Part shown: one piece after another, positions 17,516 through 30,924 of the stretch
Position numbering within the stretch: the first letter of the stretch is position 1
How the letters are laid out: each line of letters starts with the position of its first letter
Assembly: GCA_963665125.2 (NCBI GenBank)
Contig: CAXXUK010000001.1
Location: forward strand, 352,001-416,000
Origin: an uncultured Desulfarculus sp.
GTDB taxonomy: Bacteria; Desulfobacterota; Desulfarculia; Desulfarculales; Desulfarculaceae
Length of the DNA stretch: 64,000 bases
Direction of reading: 5' to 3'
Notes under the pieces: model-generated
The model's input: the letters and a program-made list of their open reading frames with translations, nothing else
What the model was told of the DNA's origin: nothing
Databases searched by the model: none
Made by a program: the position numbers and the translations under genes

Positions 17516-18763
17516 TCAAGCGGCGTGGGCGTTGCCGCCGCCATGAAAATGGGCCGAGAGCTTGGAAGCCAATTCCATCTCATCGCCGCAGACAATGGCG
17601 TTGGAGGTCAGGGATGCAATGGGGTCGCCCTCAAGAAATGATTTGCGCAGGCTGAAGACCGGCTTGCCCATCAGGGCCGCTTCCTTTAGTAGCTCCGTAT
17701 TGCCCTGATTGGCTTGGCCTAGGGTGAACCCGCTGTCGATAACCACTTCCGCCCTGGCGATCATGTCCCGGCACTGGGCCATGGCCTCTGGGCTCACTTG
17801 GCTGAATGCCGGGACGCTGACCACTTCCGCGCCCAGGGTGGCAGCTATGTGGGTGTCTATGTCCCCCTGGTGGGCCACCCCGCACATGATGGCGTAGTCG
17901 CGTTTGTACAACAGGCGCAGGGCTGCCGTGGCCGCTCCTCCGCCGGGCAGGACAAACACCGGCCCCCGGCGCCCAACGCCGCTGAGTTCAATGACGCCCA
18001 GGCGGCTGTCATAATGCGCACCTTGCAGATTATATAAATGGGCCACCGCCTGGTCGCTGAGGACCGACTCCGGCGGACCGAAATCGGCCATGCCGCCGCC
18101 GGAGATAAGAGCCACCTGGTCCGAAACCCTGGAGGCGATGTCAACGTCATGCAGCGAGGCCACAACGGCGATGTCCATTTCCCGGCAAAGGCCCCGCAGG
18201 ATACTCATGACTTCAAGGCGGTGCTTCAGATCCAGGTGCACGGTGGGTTCGTCCAGTAGGATCAGGCGCGGCTCCTGGGCCAGGGCCCTGGCCAGGACGA
18301 TTTTTTGTTTTTCGCCGTCGCTGAGCCGCTCGTAAAAACGATCGGCCAGGTCCTGGGCCCCCACCATCTCAATGGCCCGGCGCACGGCCTGGTGATCTTC
18401 CGGGCCCAGCTTGCCGAAAAAACCTGTATGGGGGTGACGGCCCAGGGCGGCCACCTCATAGGCCGTGAGCAGGCCGGGGGCAAGCCGATCGGTGAGCACC
18501 ACCGCCTGGATGCGGGCCAATTGGGCCTGACTGGTTTGGGTCAGGCTCTTTCCGGCAACGGCGATATCTCCGGTCAGGGGCGGCAGCAGCCCGGCCAGGG
18601 TCCGCAGCAGTGTTGTCTTGCCCGCGCCGTTGGGGCCCAGCAGGGATAAAAAACGTCCCGATTTCAGGCAAAAGCTGACTTCGCTGAGGACTGCCTTGTG
18701 GCCGTAGCCCACGGCCAGACCATCGAGCCGTAATATGTCTTGCTTGGTTGATGGGTGGGTCAT
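17516..18763 (-). CDS. FepC/BtuD-type ABC ATPase with a C-terminal extension
   Basis: GPNGAGKTT, LSDGEKQ, LLDEPT, SLHD; start MTHPS overlaps the permease stop (ATGA). Confidence 0.88.
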   Translation of the reverse strand: MTHPSTKQDILRLDGLAVGYGHKAVLSEVSFCLKSGRFLSLLGPNGAGKTTLLRTLAGLLPPLTGDIAVAGKSLTQTSQAQLARIQAVVLTDRLAPGLLTAYEVAALGRHPHTGFFGKLGPEDHQAVRRAIEMVGAQDLADRFYERLSDGEKQKIVLARALAQEPRLILLDEPTVHLDLKHRLEVMSILRGLCREMDIAVVASLHDVDIASRVSDQVALISGGGMADFGPPESVLSDQAVAHLYNLQGAHYDSRLGVIELSGVGRRGPVFVLPGGGAATAALRLLYKRDYAIMCGVAHQGDIDTHIAATLGAEVVSVPAFSQVSPEAMAQCRDMIARAEVVIDSGFTLGQANQGNTELLKEAALMGKPVFSLRKSFLEGDPIASLTSNAIVCGDEMELASKLSAHFHGGGNAHAA

Positions 18764-19785
18764 CGGTTTGCCTTGTTGCGCATCAGCAGGGCGATAACCA
18801 CCGGTGCGCCGAAAAAGGAGGTTATTGCGCTGAGAGGGGACTCGACCGGAGCGAAGAGCATCCGGGCCACGATGTCGCAGAACCCGCAGACCACCGCGCC
18901 GATCAGGGCCGTTGCCGGGATCAACAGCTTGTTGTCCGAGGTGCCCATGGCCAGCCGGGCCATGTGGGGTACGGCCAGGCCCACGAATGCCACCGGCCCG
19001 GCCGTGGCCGTGACCAGGGCCGACAGGCCGCAGGAGGTGAAGACCAGGACCATGCGGAAGCGGCGGATATTGACGCCCATGGTGGCGGCGTAGTTTTCGC
19101 CAAGCAAAAAGGCGTTGAGCTGTTTGCTCATGCCGAAGACCAGCACCAACAGCACCGCGCCGATGCTCATCATCAGCGCCAATTCGGTCCAGGTGTATCC
19201 GCTGAAGCTGCCCAGTTGCCACAGGTTGAAGCCCTTGATGCGCTCGGCTTCGGCAAAGGTGATCAAAAGGCTGGTCACCGCGTGGGTCAGGTAGCCGATC
19301 ATGATGCCGGCTATGAGCAGGGTGACGCCCTGTTTGACCTTGGACGCGATGGCCATGACCAGGCCCATGGCGCCCAAGGCGCCGACAAAACCCGCCAGGG
19401 GCGTCAAATAGGGCACGATGCCCACCATGCCCACGGCAACGGAGGTGAGCATTACCAGCGAGACCATCAGGGTCGCGCCGTGGGAAATGCCCAGGACAAA
19501 CGGACCGACGATGGGGTTGCGGAAATAGACCTGCAACAATAGCCCGCTGACGGCCAGCATGGCCCCGCCGCCCAGAGCGGCAAGAGCCCTGGGCAGACGG
19601 ATATTGCGGACGATGAAGTCAAGGTTGGCGTCCGAGGCCTTGCCCAATAAGATGTCCCAGACTTGGCCGGCGCTGCTGCCGACGCTGCCCAAGTTCAGGC
19701 TCATCCAGAACACGCCGAGCATGACCGCGGCAAGCAGGGGCAGCATCATCGCGGCCCGTTTTTTCCTGGCGACCGCCGGATTCAT
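18760..19785 (-). CDS. FecCD/BtuC-type ABC permease
   Basis: IRLPRA, FRNPIVGPFVLGISHGA, LGENYAATMGVN, GPVAFVGLAVPH. Confidence 0.92.
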   Translation of the reverse strand: MNPAVARKKRAAMMLPLLAAVMLGVFWMSLNLGSVGSSAGQVWDILLGKASDANLDFIVRNIRLPRALAALGGGAMLAVSGLLLQVYFRNPIVGPFVLGISHGATLMVSLVMLTSVAVGMVGIVPYLTPLAGFVGALGAMGLVMAIASKVKQGVTLLIAGIMIGYLTHAVTSLLITFAEAERIKGFNLWQLGSFSGYTWTELALMMSIGAVLLVLVFGMSKQLNAFLLGENYAATMGVNIRRFRMVLVFTSCGLSALVTATAGPVAFVGLAVPHMARLAMGTSDNKLLIPATALIGAVVCGFCDIVARMLFAPVESPLSAITSFFGAPVVIALLMRNKANR

Positions 19786-19789
19786 GGGC

Positions 19790-20860
19790 CTACTCCTCGG
19801 TCATTTCTTTGAAGTACCGCAACTCAAAACCGGGATACAGTTCCGGGTGGATTATCGCCGCCAGTTCGATCAGTATCTCGTCGAGCTTGTCGGCCGACTG
19901 CCGGTAGTGCTCCTGGGGATAATAGACCTTGCCGCCGTTCAGGGGCTTTATGCCGGCTATGGTCTTGTTGGTGGCCTTCATTCTGGCCTTGGTGGCCATG
20001 CCCTGGCGGGGCGTGCGGTAGGTGATCATCACGTCGGCTTCGTTGCCGCTGGAAAAAAACCTCTCCAGGGCGATTTCCAGGCAGGTGTCGCCCGAGACAT
20101 CGGCAAACAGATAGTCGCCGCCGGCGGCCTGGACGATCTGGGCGGCCCAGGAATTGCCAGGCTCCACTAAAACCCGCTTGGAGTAGACATCGCCCCAGAT
20201 GACCTTGGGCCGTGCTTTAATGGTCCTGGTCTTGGCCTTGATGTTCTCCAGGGCGGCGTAAGACCGGGCGGCGTATTCGTCGGCCTGCCTCTGGCTGCCG
20301 AAGAAGGGAGCCAGGAACTTGGCGAAACGGATCTGGGTGTCCAGGTTCCGGGCCGTGCCGGTGTTTGTGATGATCGTGGGGATGCCGAATTCATCCATAA
20401 CGGGCACCAGCGATTCGTCCCAGGTGAAAAACACGTCCGGCTTGATCCTGGCCAATTGTTCGTAATCCAGGGCGTGGCTCTGGCCCACCGAAACTATGGC
20501 GCCGTTTTTCAGGCCCTGGTGGATTTGGGGTATGGTCCAGTCCTTGGCTTTTCCTGTCACCGCCTTTACCGTGTCGATGGCGTCCAGGGCCACCAACAGG
20601 GATGTGTCACGGGCTGAATCGGTGGCCACGCTTTGCACGGGAATGGGGACGATTTCGCTTGGTTGCAGGCCCGGCGGCGGCTGTTGGCCCCTGGGAACCA
20701 GGTGGATGCGCCTGCCGATGCCGTCGGTAACGACGAATATGCCGTTATTGAGGGACTCGACGCTGAACTGGCCGATGGCCTCGAATTCGGCCAAGGCCGA
20801 ACCGGCAAGGCCCAGCCACAAGGCTGAAACCACCAAGACAATGATGATGCTTTTTTTCAT
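19790..20860 (-). CDS. Periplasmic binding protein (BtuF/iron-siderophore class)
   Basis: Signal peptide MKKSIII..ALA; VTDGIGR, LDYEQLARIKPDV, AAIIHPELYP. Confidence 0.85.
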   Translation of the reverse strand: MKKSIIIVLVVSALWLGLAGSALAEFEAIGQFSVESLNNGIFVVTDGIGRRIHLVPRGQQPPPGLQPSEIVPIPVQSVATDSARDTSLLVALDAIDTVKAVTGKAKDWTIPQIHQGLKNGAIVSVGQSHALDYEQLARIKPDVFFTWDESLVPVMDEFGIPTIITNTGTARNLDTQIRFAKFLAPFFGSQRQADEYAARSYAALENIKAKTRTIKARPKVIWGDVYSKRVLVEPGNSWAAQIVQAAGGDYLFADVSGDTCLEIALERFFSSGNEADVMITYRTPRQGMATKARMKATNKTIAGIKPLNGGKVYYPQEHYRQSADKLDEILIELAAIIHPELYPGFELRYFKEMTEE

Positions 20861-21684
20861 GAATTGGTCTCCCTTGAAGCGCGGTGGCGGTGTTGGCGCA
20901 GGGCTTGCCACAGATAGGCCAGCAGGCCCACGGCAAACACGAGCGTGCCAAAGAAAAAGGTCTTTACGCCCGGATCGCGCCTGATGATCAGGTTGGCGTA
21001 GGGCCGTCTGGGCATGGAGCTTTTAGCCGCGGGGTAATAGTTTTTCAGGTGGATGCTGTAGCCGCCGAACCAGATCGGGCTGTTGTAGGCCAGCGACTTT
21101 CGGGTCGCCGAGCCGTCGGCGTCGGTGAGCACAAGGGCTATGTCCTGGGTTACGGCCCGGCCTTTGTAAAAGGCAAGCCGTGTGCCCTCATAAAACTCCG
21201 AATCAATGGACTCCAGCTTAAGTTTGGTGTCGGAGCCGGGCATGGTTATCTCCCGGCCTACCAATAGGACGTTGTTTTGCACGTTGAGGCCGAAGACATA
21301 GGTGACCAGGTGCGAAGCCAGGATGATGATGAATGCCGCGTGCATTACATGGGGTGAAAAGCGCAGGATGAAGTCCAGGCGCGAACCGCCGGCTCCCCGT
21401 CGGACCAGGGCGGCCACCTTTTGCCAGGTGCAGACAAACGTGTTGAACACCAACAGGCCCAACAGCGCCAAAAAACAGAAAAACCACCAGGTGTTTTTGA
21501 GGCTGCTCCAGCCGTAGGAGACGATCCAGTCCCACAGCAGCAGGCGGTTCAGCGGTTCATAGATGTGTTTGGCCGATTCAAATAGGTAGTAACCGCAGCA
21601 CAGGACAACGACCAGGGCCAGAAGCACCCAGACGCTGAGCAGGGCCGAACCGAAGAATGACCACATCGCTCTGAGGATTTTCAT
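20857..21684 (-). CDS. Short ResB/CcsB-like membrane protein (275 aa)
   Basis: WWFF..L.LL..NT..CT, MHAAFIIIL, YNSPIWFGGY, RRDPGV..FFFG match the ResB/Ccs1 pattern; periplasmic part is short. Confidence 0.72.
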   Translation of the reverse strand: MKILRAMWSFFGSALLSVWVLLALVVVLCCGYYLFESAKHIYEPLNRLLLWDWIVSYGWSSLKNTWWFFCFLALLGLLVFNTFVCTWQKVAALVRRGAGGSRLDFILRFSPHVMHAAFIIILASHLVTYVFGLNVQNNVLLVGREITMPGSDTKLKLESIDSEFYEGTRLAFYKGRAVTQDIALVLTDADGSATRKSLAYNSPIWFGGYSIHLKNYYPAAKSSMPRRPYANLIIRRDPGVKTFFFGTLVFAVGLLAYLWQALRQHRHRASRETNS

Positions 21685-22450
21685 GACAGCCACTCCGGCA
21701 ACTTGAACCCGCCGGTTTCGGGCAGCAGGGTGAAGACGATCAATAGAGGCACACCGGCCACGGCGACCCAGGCTCTGCGCCTGGCCGGCCAACTGCGCAG
21801 CAAGTACAGGTGCAGGAAACAGCCGTAGTAGAACCACACGGCCATGGTGGAGGTCATGGTGGCGTTGTTCCAGATCACCGGGCTGGCCCAACCCAGATAG
21901 GACCAAATTTCGGCCAGAAACAGGCTCAGGGTGAAGATCACGAAACCCCAGACGATAAACCGGCCGAACAGGGGGCGGGCCCGGTCCTGCTCGATGGTTT
22001 CATCACGTCGGGCCAGGTACATCAAGGCCGCCACCCCGGCCGCGTAGAAACAGGCCTTGCCCATGACGCTCATGGGTAGGAAGATGTGGGCCACGATGGT
22101 GTTGGAGCGGGGGAAGGGCAGATAATAATCATTGGGGAACAGGGCCGCCGCCAGGGCCAACAGGGCCGTGAACACCACCAGGCGCATGGCCAGGGCCGGG
22201 CGGCCACGCCGGAACAGGCCCAGGGCCAATACGGCCATGGCCGCGGGCAGCCAAAAGGGCTCCTGAAACGGCGACTGCATGGGCCATGAAAGATAGAGCT
22301 TCAGTAAAATCGAGGCCGTATTGGCGGCCAGGGCCAGGCCCAAGGCAACCGACACCGCCAAACGGCCCCGAAACGCGACCAATAGCGCGGCCAAGATGTA
22401 TAAAAGCGCTCCTACCTGAAACAGGTAGGCGATGTAAGGTGTCATGGGGT

Positions 22451-22454
<4 letters not shown>
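21681..22454 (-). CDS. CcsA/ResC-like membrane protein with degenerate WWD loop (257 aa)
   Basis: IVAHIF, GFVIFTL..FLAEIWSYLGWASPVIWNN..VWFYYGCFLH, W..RR.AW; ATGA-coupled to cobN and the resB-like gene. Confidence 0.75.
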
Positions 22455-26225
<3,771 letters not shown>

Positions 26226-26239
<14 letters not shown>

Positions 26240-27284
26240 GAGTTTGCTCCATTGAAGCGGTTGTTCGCGGGGTCTGGCGGCCATAGCCAAGGGTGAGGCC
26301 GCGCAGCAAGGCGCAAGCCAGCTCCCGCCCCTCTGGGCCGTTGTATTTGAGCCTGCTGGGGCACTCGCCCGGGCAATGGCCCTCCAGGGGACACCCCCCG
26401 CAGTCGGCGGCGGGTAGCTCGTAGCGGCCCAGGCCGCGTATGCGGCTGAAATCGGGTTTGTCGATGGTGCCCAGGGCCAGGTCCGGGTCGCCCATGGTCT
26501 GGCCGCAGGGGTATAGGCTGCCGTCCGGATGCACGGCCAAAGACGAACCCACGGCGGCGTGGCAAAATGCCCTTTGCCCGTTTCTGAGGCGGTCCATTTC
26601 GCGCAGCACCAGGGGGCTGTGTCGGCGGCGGTTGATCCAGACCACGGTTTGGGCCAGCTCGACCATGGCCTTGGTTAAAGTATTTGCTTCGGCCATGGCC
26701 GGTTCGCCACGGGCTGCCCGGCCCCGGCGCACCAACAGGTCCAGGCCTAGGCCGTGGGCATACTTGTAATTGCTCAGCAGCATGGCCAGGCTGGGCATTT
26801 GAGAAACATTTTCCGCGCAGACGACGGCCGTGACGCCAAAACGCACCCCGGCCCGTTCCAGGTGCTCCAGGCCCCGCAAGGTCTCGGCATAGCGGCCGCG
26901 CAGCAATTCATGCTGGGCCGGCGGCCCGTCCATGCTCACCCCCACGGTGATGTCCCAGCGTCGGAACATCTCGGCCAAGGGGCGGGTGATCAACGTGCCG
27001 TTGGTCTGCACGGCGATGGTTGCGGGCATGTCCGCACTGCGCACCCTGGCGGCGATGGCTTCAATCAAAGACGGCTCCAGGCAGGGCTCACCCCCAGCCA
27101 TCTGCACATGAAACGGTCTGCCGCCTTGATTGGCCAGATCCAGGGCGGCCATGGCCGTGGGCCGGGGCATGACCACGGACCGCTCTGGCGCGCCTCGGTA
27201 GCAGTAGGCGCAGGAGAGGTTGCAGCCCGTGGTCAGCCACAGCACCAGATGTCTGATTGCCGGATATGCGCAGGCCCTGGCCAT
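26226..27284 (-). CDS. Radical SAM enzyme with SPASM-type domain (352 aa)
   Basis: CNLSCAYC, GGEP, QTNG, VSMDG; C-terminal CHA..PDGSLYPC..CGGCPLEGHCPGECP..C. Confidence 0.9.
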
Positions 27285-27286
27285 GA

Positions 27287-29041
27287 TCAGAAATCCCAGC
27301 CCACACCCGCCAGCCAGGTGCGCGGCGGAGCGGGGTAGCCGTCGGCGTAGAGGTAGTCCTCGTCCAGCAGGTTGTCTATGCGGAAGAAGAACCGGGCCTG
27401 GTCCAGGCGGTATTCGCCCCGCAGGTCCATGGTGAAGTATTCCGGGGCCGTGGTCGTGTTGGCAGCGTTGGTGTAGACCTCGGAACTGTAGGTGGCCTGG
27501 CAGCCCAGCATCAGCCCGTCCATGGGCCGCACCTGAAGGTCGGCCTTGATTTTGTGGCGGGGTTTGGTGGACAGCCACAGGCCGTCGTCGTCGTTGATGG
27601 CCTCCAGATAGGTGTAGGAAGGCCGGAAGACCAGCCACTTGCACGGCGTGAACGAGATGAAGGCGTCCACACCGCTGAGGTGGGCTTCGCCGACGTTTTC
27701 GTATTGGCCCACCCCGTCGTTGCCGCGCATATAGGTTATGCGGTCGTTGACCTGGTTGTAGAAAACCGTGGCCGAGGCGCTGATCCAGCTCCACGGGGCG
27801 ACGCTGGCGCCCAGGCTGTAGTTGGTGGCCTGTTCGCTGTTCAGGCCGGGGTTGGGCCGGGTGCTGGAGGTTTCGTAATAACGCTGGCGGATGGTGGGGG
27901 TGTTGTTGGTCATCTGGAAGGCGGCCTCCACCCGGAAGATGCCTTTTTTCCAGGAAGCCTTTACCTCCGGATTGACGGCTGAATCAAAATCCGAGTAGGC
28001 GTTGGCCCGCAGTCCGAAATCCAGGCGTACCGGCACGGCCTTGAACATGAAAGACTTCAGGCCGAATATGCCGAAGGCCTGCTCGTCCATGGGCTTGACC
28101 TTGTTGCCCTGGGCCTCTGTGTGCGAAACCATGATCCCGGTGCTTATTTTGCCTAACAAGGGCACGGCAAAGGCCTTGCGCAGGTCCTCGTTGACGGTCC
28201 AACTGCGCAGGGTTGTTTCCGTGCAGGAATCGGGGTTTTCAAAATCGTTTTGAAATCGGGTGAACGAGGTCGCGTTTTTCCAGCCCCGGGCCTTGAAGTT
28301 GAAGGAGGTGCCCAAGGCCTCGTCACGGGAGCGGGCCCTGGGGGTGGGGTATTTGGGCAGGCCCGGATTGCCCTTGCGCGTTTCGCCGTAGTCGATGGCC
28401 ACGGTCGGCGCGGACGAGTCGGCCCCGGCCCATTTGATCCAGCTCTCCGGCGCGTACGACAGCTTGATCCCGGCCCGGCCCTGATCCTTGTCGCCGTTGC
28501 GGCGGAAACCTTCGGTGGAGGAAAAATCGCCGTTAAGGGCCAACCCCCACGGTCCTGCCTTGCGGCTGGCATTGCCGCGGACCCGCCAGTAGTTTTGATT
28601 GCCCGCCTCAAAGGACACGCTGGCCTTGGTGCGGTCCACGGCCTTGGATGTGATGATTATCACGCCGCCGCTGGAGTTGTCGCCAAAGGCCACCGCGCCG
28701 CCGCCCTTGATTATTTTCATGGAGGCGATGTCTTCCAGGGCCACCAGATCCCATTTGACGCTTTTATGGGCGCTGGCCGTATTGATGAGGCTCATGCCGT
28801 CCATAAACACGGCCACGTTGGAGTTGCCCCGAATGCTCACCGACGAACTGCCGGCCTTGACGCCGGGAATCAGATTGAGGAGTTCTTCCACCGTGCGCAC
28901 ATTGAGTTCTGCGATATTTTCGTAACTCAAGACGATGGTTTCGCCGTCCGGCACGCCGGCGGCCAGGGAAGGCCAGGCACTAACAAGGCAATAGAGAAGG
29001 CAAATGGCGGAGATGCAGATTTGTTTCATTGGGTTTTCCAT
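27287..29041 (-). CDS. TonB-dependent receptor (compact, 584 aa)
   Basis: Signal peptide, LNLIPGV, SIRG, IIKGGGAVAFG..SGGVIII, NPGLNSE, DNLLD, C-terminal WDF. Confidence 0.88.
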   Translation of the reverse strand: MENPMKQICISAICLLYCLVSAWPSLAAGVPDGETIVLSYENIAELNVRTVEELLNLIPGVKAGSSSVSIRGNSNVAVFMDGMSLINTASAHKSVKWDLVALEDIASMKIIKGGGAVAFGDNSSGGVIIITSKAVDRTKASVSFEAGNQNYWRVRGNASRKAGPWGLALNGDFSSTEGFRRNGDKDQGRAGIKLSYAPESWIKWAGADSSAPTVAIDYGETRKGNPGLPKYPTPRARSRDEALGTSFNFKARGWKNATSFTRFQNDFENPDSCTETTLRSWTVNEDLRKAFAVPLLGKISTGIMVSHTEAQGNKVKPMDEQAFGIFGLKSFMFKAVPVRLDFGLRANAYSDFDSAVNPEVKASWKKGIFRVEAAFQMTNNTPTIRQRYYETSSTRPNPGLNSEQATNYSLGASVAPWSWISASATVFYNQVNDRITYMRGNDGVGQYENVGEAHLSGVDAFISFTPCKWLVFRPSYTYLEAINDDDGLWLSTKPRHKIKADLQVRPMDGLMLGCQATYSSEVYTNAANTTTAPEYFTMDLRGEYRLDQARFFFRIDNLLDEDYLYADGYPAPPRTWLAGVGWDF

Positions 29042-29044
29042 GAG

Positions 29045-29779
29045 TTAGATGCTGGCCTTTCGTACATGCCAGACGGCCATTGAAAAGAACAGGCAGCCAT
29101 ATGCCGCCATCACGGCCAAGGACAGCCAGGGCAAGGGATTGTCCAGGGCCGAGGCCCGGATGAAGTGGCTGGCGTGGGTCAGCGGCAGGGCCTCTATGGC
29201 CGTGGCCGCCCAGCCTGGCAGCTTGTCCAGGCTGAAAAACGTACCGCACAAAAAAGACATGGGCGTGATGATGAATCCGGTAAGGTTGGACTGGTCGGCA
29301 TGGGAGCGCACCACCATGGCCGCCCAAACAGCCGCCGCGGAAAACATGAAGCAGTTCATGAACACGCCCAATAGCAGGCCCGGCCCGTAGTTGAGCTTCA
29401 CGCCGCTGATAAGGGCCAGGCAGATCACCACGGCCACGGCAAGGAACCCGCGCACCACGCCGCCCAGCACCTCGCCCAAGGCAATGGCCGCCGGAGAGAC
29501 CGGCGCGGTCTGGAACTCCTCGAAGGTGTGCCAGTAGAACCGGGCGATGTTGATCTCCGAGGAGATGCCGAACGAGCGGCTCATGGACGACAGGGCCATC
29601 AGGCCGGGCAGCATGTAGGCCAGGTACTCAACTCCGTCCATGGTCACGCCCCGGCCCATGCCCCAACCAAATGCGATGATATACAGCAGCGGGCTGACGG
29701 CATAGTTGGCCATCTGGCGGCCCAGGCGGCTGCGCAGGATCAGCAATTCACGGTAAAAAACAGCCCACACGCCGCTCAT
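29045..29779 (-). CDS. ABC-2 type permease (NodJ/DrrB-like)
   Basis: SPLLYIIAFGWG, YLAYMLPG, PMSFLCGTFFS, LPLTH. Confidence 0.87.
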   Translation of the reverse strand: MSGVWAVFYRELLILRSRLGRQMANYAVSPLLYIIAFGWGMGRGVTMDGVEYLAYMLPGLMALSSMSRSFGISSEINIARFYWHTFEEFQTAPVSPAAIALGEVLGGVVRGFLAVAVVICLALISGVKLNYGPGLLLGVFMNCFMFSAAAVWAAMVVRSHADQSNLTGFIITPMSFLCGTFFSLDKLPGWAATAIEALPLTHASHFIRASALDNPLPWLSLAVMAAYGCLFFSMAVWHVRKASI

Positions 29780-30624
29780 GGCCGCACCTTCCTTCCGGTC
29801 ATGCGGATAAAGACATCCTCGAGGTTGATCCGGCGGATCATCACGGGCTCCTGGATGGTGGCCGCGTATTCCGAGGCCTTTTCGCGGCTTTCGAAAAACC
29901 AGCTTTGACCGTTGCCGTCGACCTGCTCCACCACGTGGCTGCCCGCTCCGGCCAGTAGGTTGGCCGGGCTGTCCAGGGCGATTAACTTGCCGTGATCGAT
30001 GATGCCCACCCTGTGGCACAGAGCCTCGGCCTCCTCGATGTAATGGGTGGTGAGCATGATGGTGATCCCGGCCTGGTGGCTGCGGCGGATCAGGTCCCAG
30101 ATGCGGCGGCGGGTCTGGGCGTCCAGGCCCACGGTGGGCTCGTCCAGAAACAGGACCTTCGGCTCATGGAGCATGGCCCTGGCGATCATCAGGCGGCGCT
30201 TGAACCCGCCCGAGAGCTGCCGGGCCGGATCATTACGGCGCTTGGCCAAACCGACGAATTCAAGCAACTTTTCAATGCGCTCTTCCCGGGGGGTGACCGG
30301 CATCTTGTGCAACATGGCGTGAATCCTGAGGTTGGCGTAGACGCTCAGTTCGCCGTCGACATTGGTGTGCTGGGCCACAACGCCCATGCCGCTTTTGGCC
30401 TGAACCGCCTGGTTCACCACATCAAAGCCCGAGACCGACGCCGTGCCCGAGGTGGGCTTGGTCAGGGTGGTCAGGATGCGGCAGGTCGTTGTCTTGCCCG
30501 CGCCGTTGGGCCCCAAAAAACCGAATATCTCGCCCCGGCCAACGGCCAGGTCCAGGCCGTCAAGGGCCCTGGTTTTGCCGTAAAACTTGGTCAGGTTATG
30601 GGTCTGGATCACTGGTTGATTCAT
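29776..30624 (-). CDS. ABC-2 type ATPase (NodI/DrrA-like)
   Basis: GPNGAGKTT, LSGGFKRR, FLDEPTVGLD, TTHYIEEAE. Confidence 0.9.
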   Translation of the reverse strand: MNQPVIQTHNLTKFYGKTRALDGLDLAVGRGEIFGFLGPNGAGKTTTCRILTTLTKPTSGTASVSGFDVVNQAVQAKSGMGVVAQHTNVDGELSVYANLRIHAMLHKMPVTPREERIEKLLEFVGLAKRRNDPARQLSGGFKRRLMIARAMLHEPKVLFLDEPTVGLDAQTRRRIWDLIRRSHQAGITIMLTTHYIEEAEALCHRVGIIDHGKLIALDSPANLLAGAGSHVVEQVDGNGQSWFFESREKASEYAATIQEPVMIRRINLEDVFIRMTGRKVRP

Positions 30625-30639
30625 TGACTAACCTCAATC

Positions 30640-30670
30640 AAAAACCGGACTCCGTTAATGGAGAGTCCGG
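30640..30670 (-). terminator. Attenuator hairpin of riboswitch 2
   Basis: Minus strand CCGGACTC-tccattaacg-GAGTCCGG-TTTTT just before the GAGG ribosome site. Confidence 0.7.
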
Positions 30671-30744
30671 CGATGTCCCGTTTGTCCGCGTGAACTCATT
30701 GGCCGCGCCCATCCGTTCCCCGGGATGGACCGGTCTTTTGTGTT

Positions 30745-30910
30745 GTGGGCAGGTTGGTCTTCTGGCTTCCGGATCGTCCCATTTGCCGCGCCTTCCCGGC
30801 CCCTTGGGCCAGTGGCGTTTTTTGCGGCTTTGGTCCCCGGTTACAGCGGCGGGCCCGCTCCCGATTTGCACGGGATTCCCAATTAAGCGCTCAGGGCGCC
30901 TGCCTCCACG
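30745..30910 (-). ncRNA. Cobalamin riboswitch 2
   Basis: Minus strand AATTGGGAATCCCGTGCAAATCGGGAGCGGGCCCGCCGCTGTAA...GCCACTGG...GGGAAGG...AAGCCAGAAGACC. Confidence 0.93.
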
Positions 30911-30924
30911 AACTTGCTGGTGTG

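Noticed and set aside
18764..19222. N-terminal extensions in the ORF track (e.g. 568-aa ABC ATPase, 522-aa radical SAM, 838-aa FeoB)
   Set aside because: They overlap upstream genes in another frame; downstream ATGs coupled to the upstream stop codons are the better starts.
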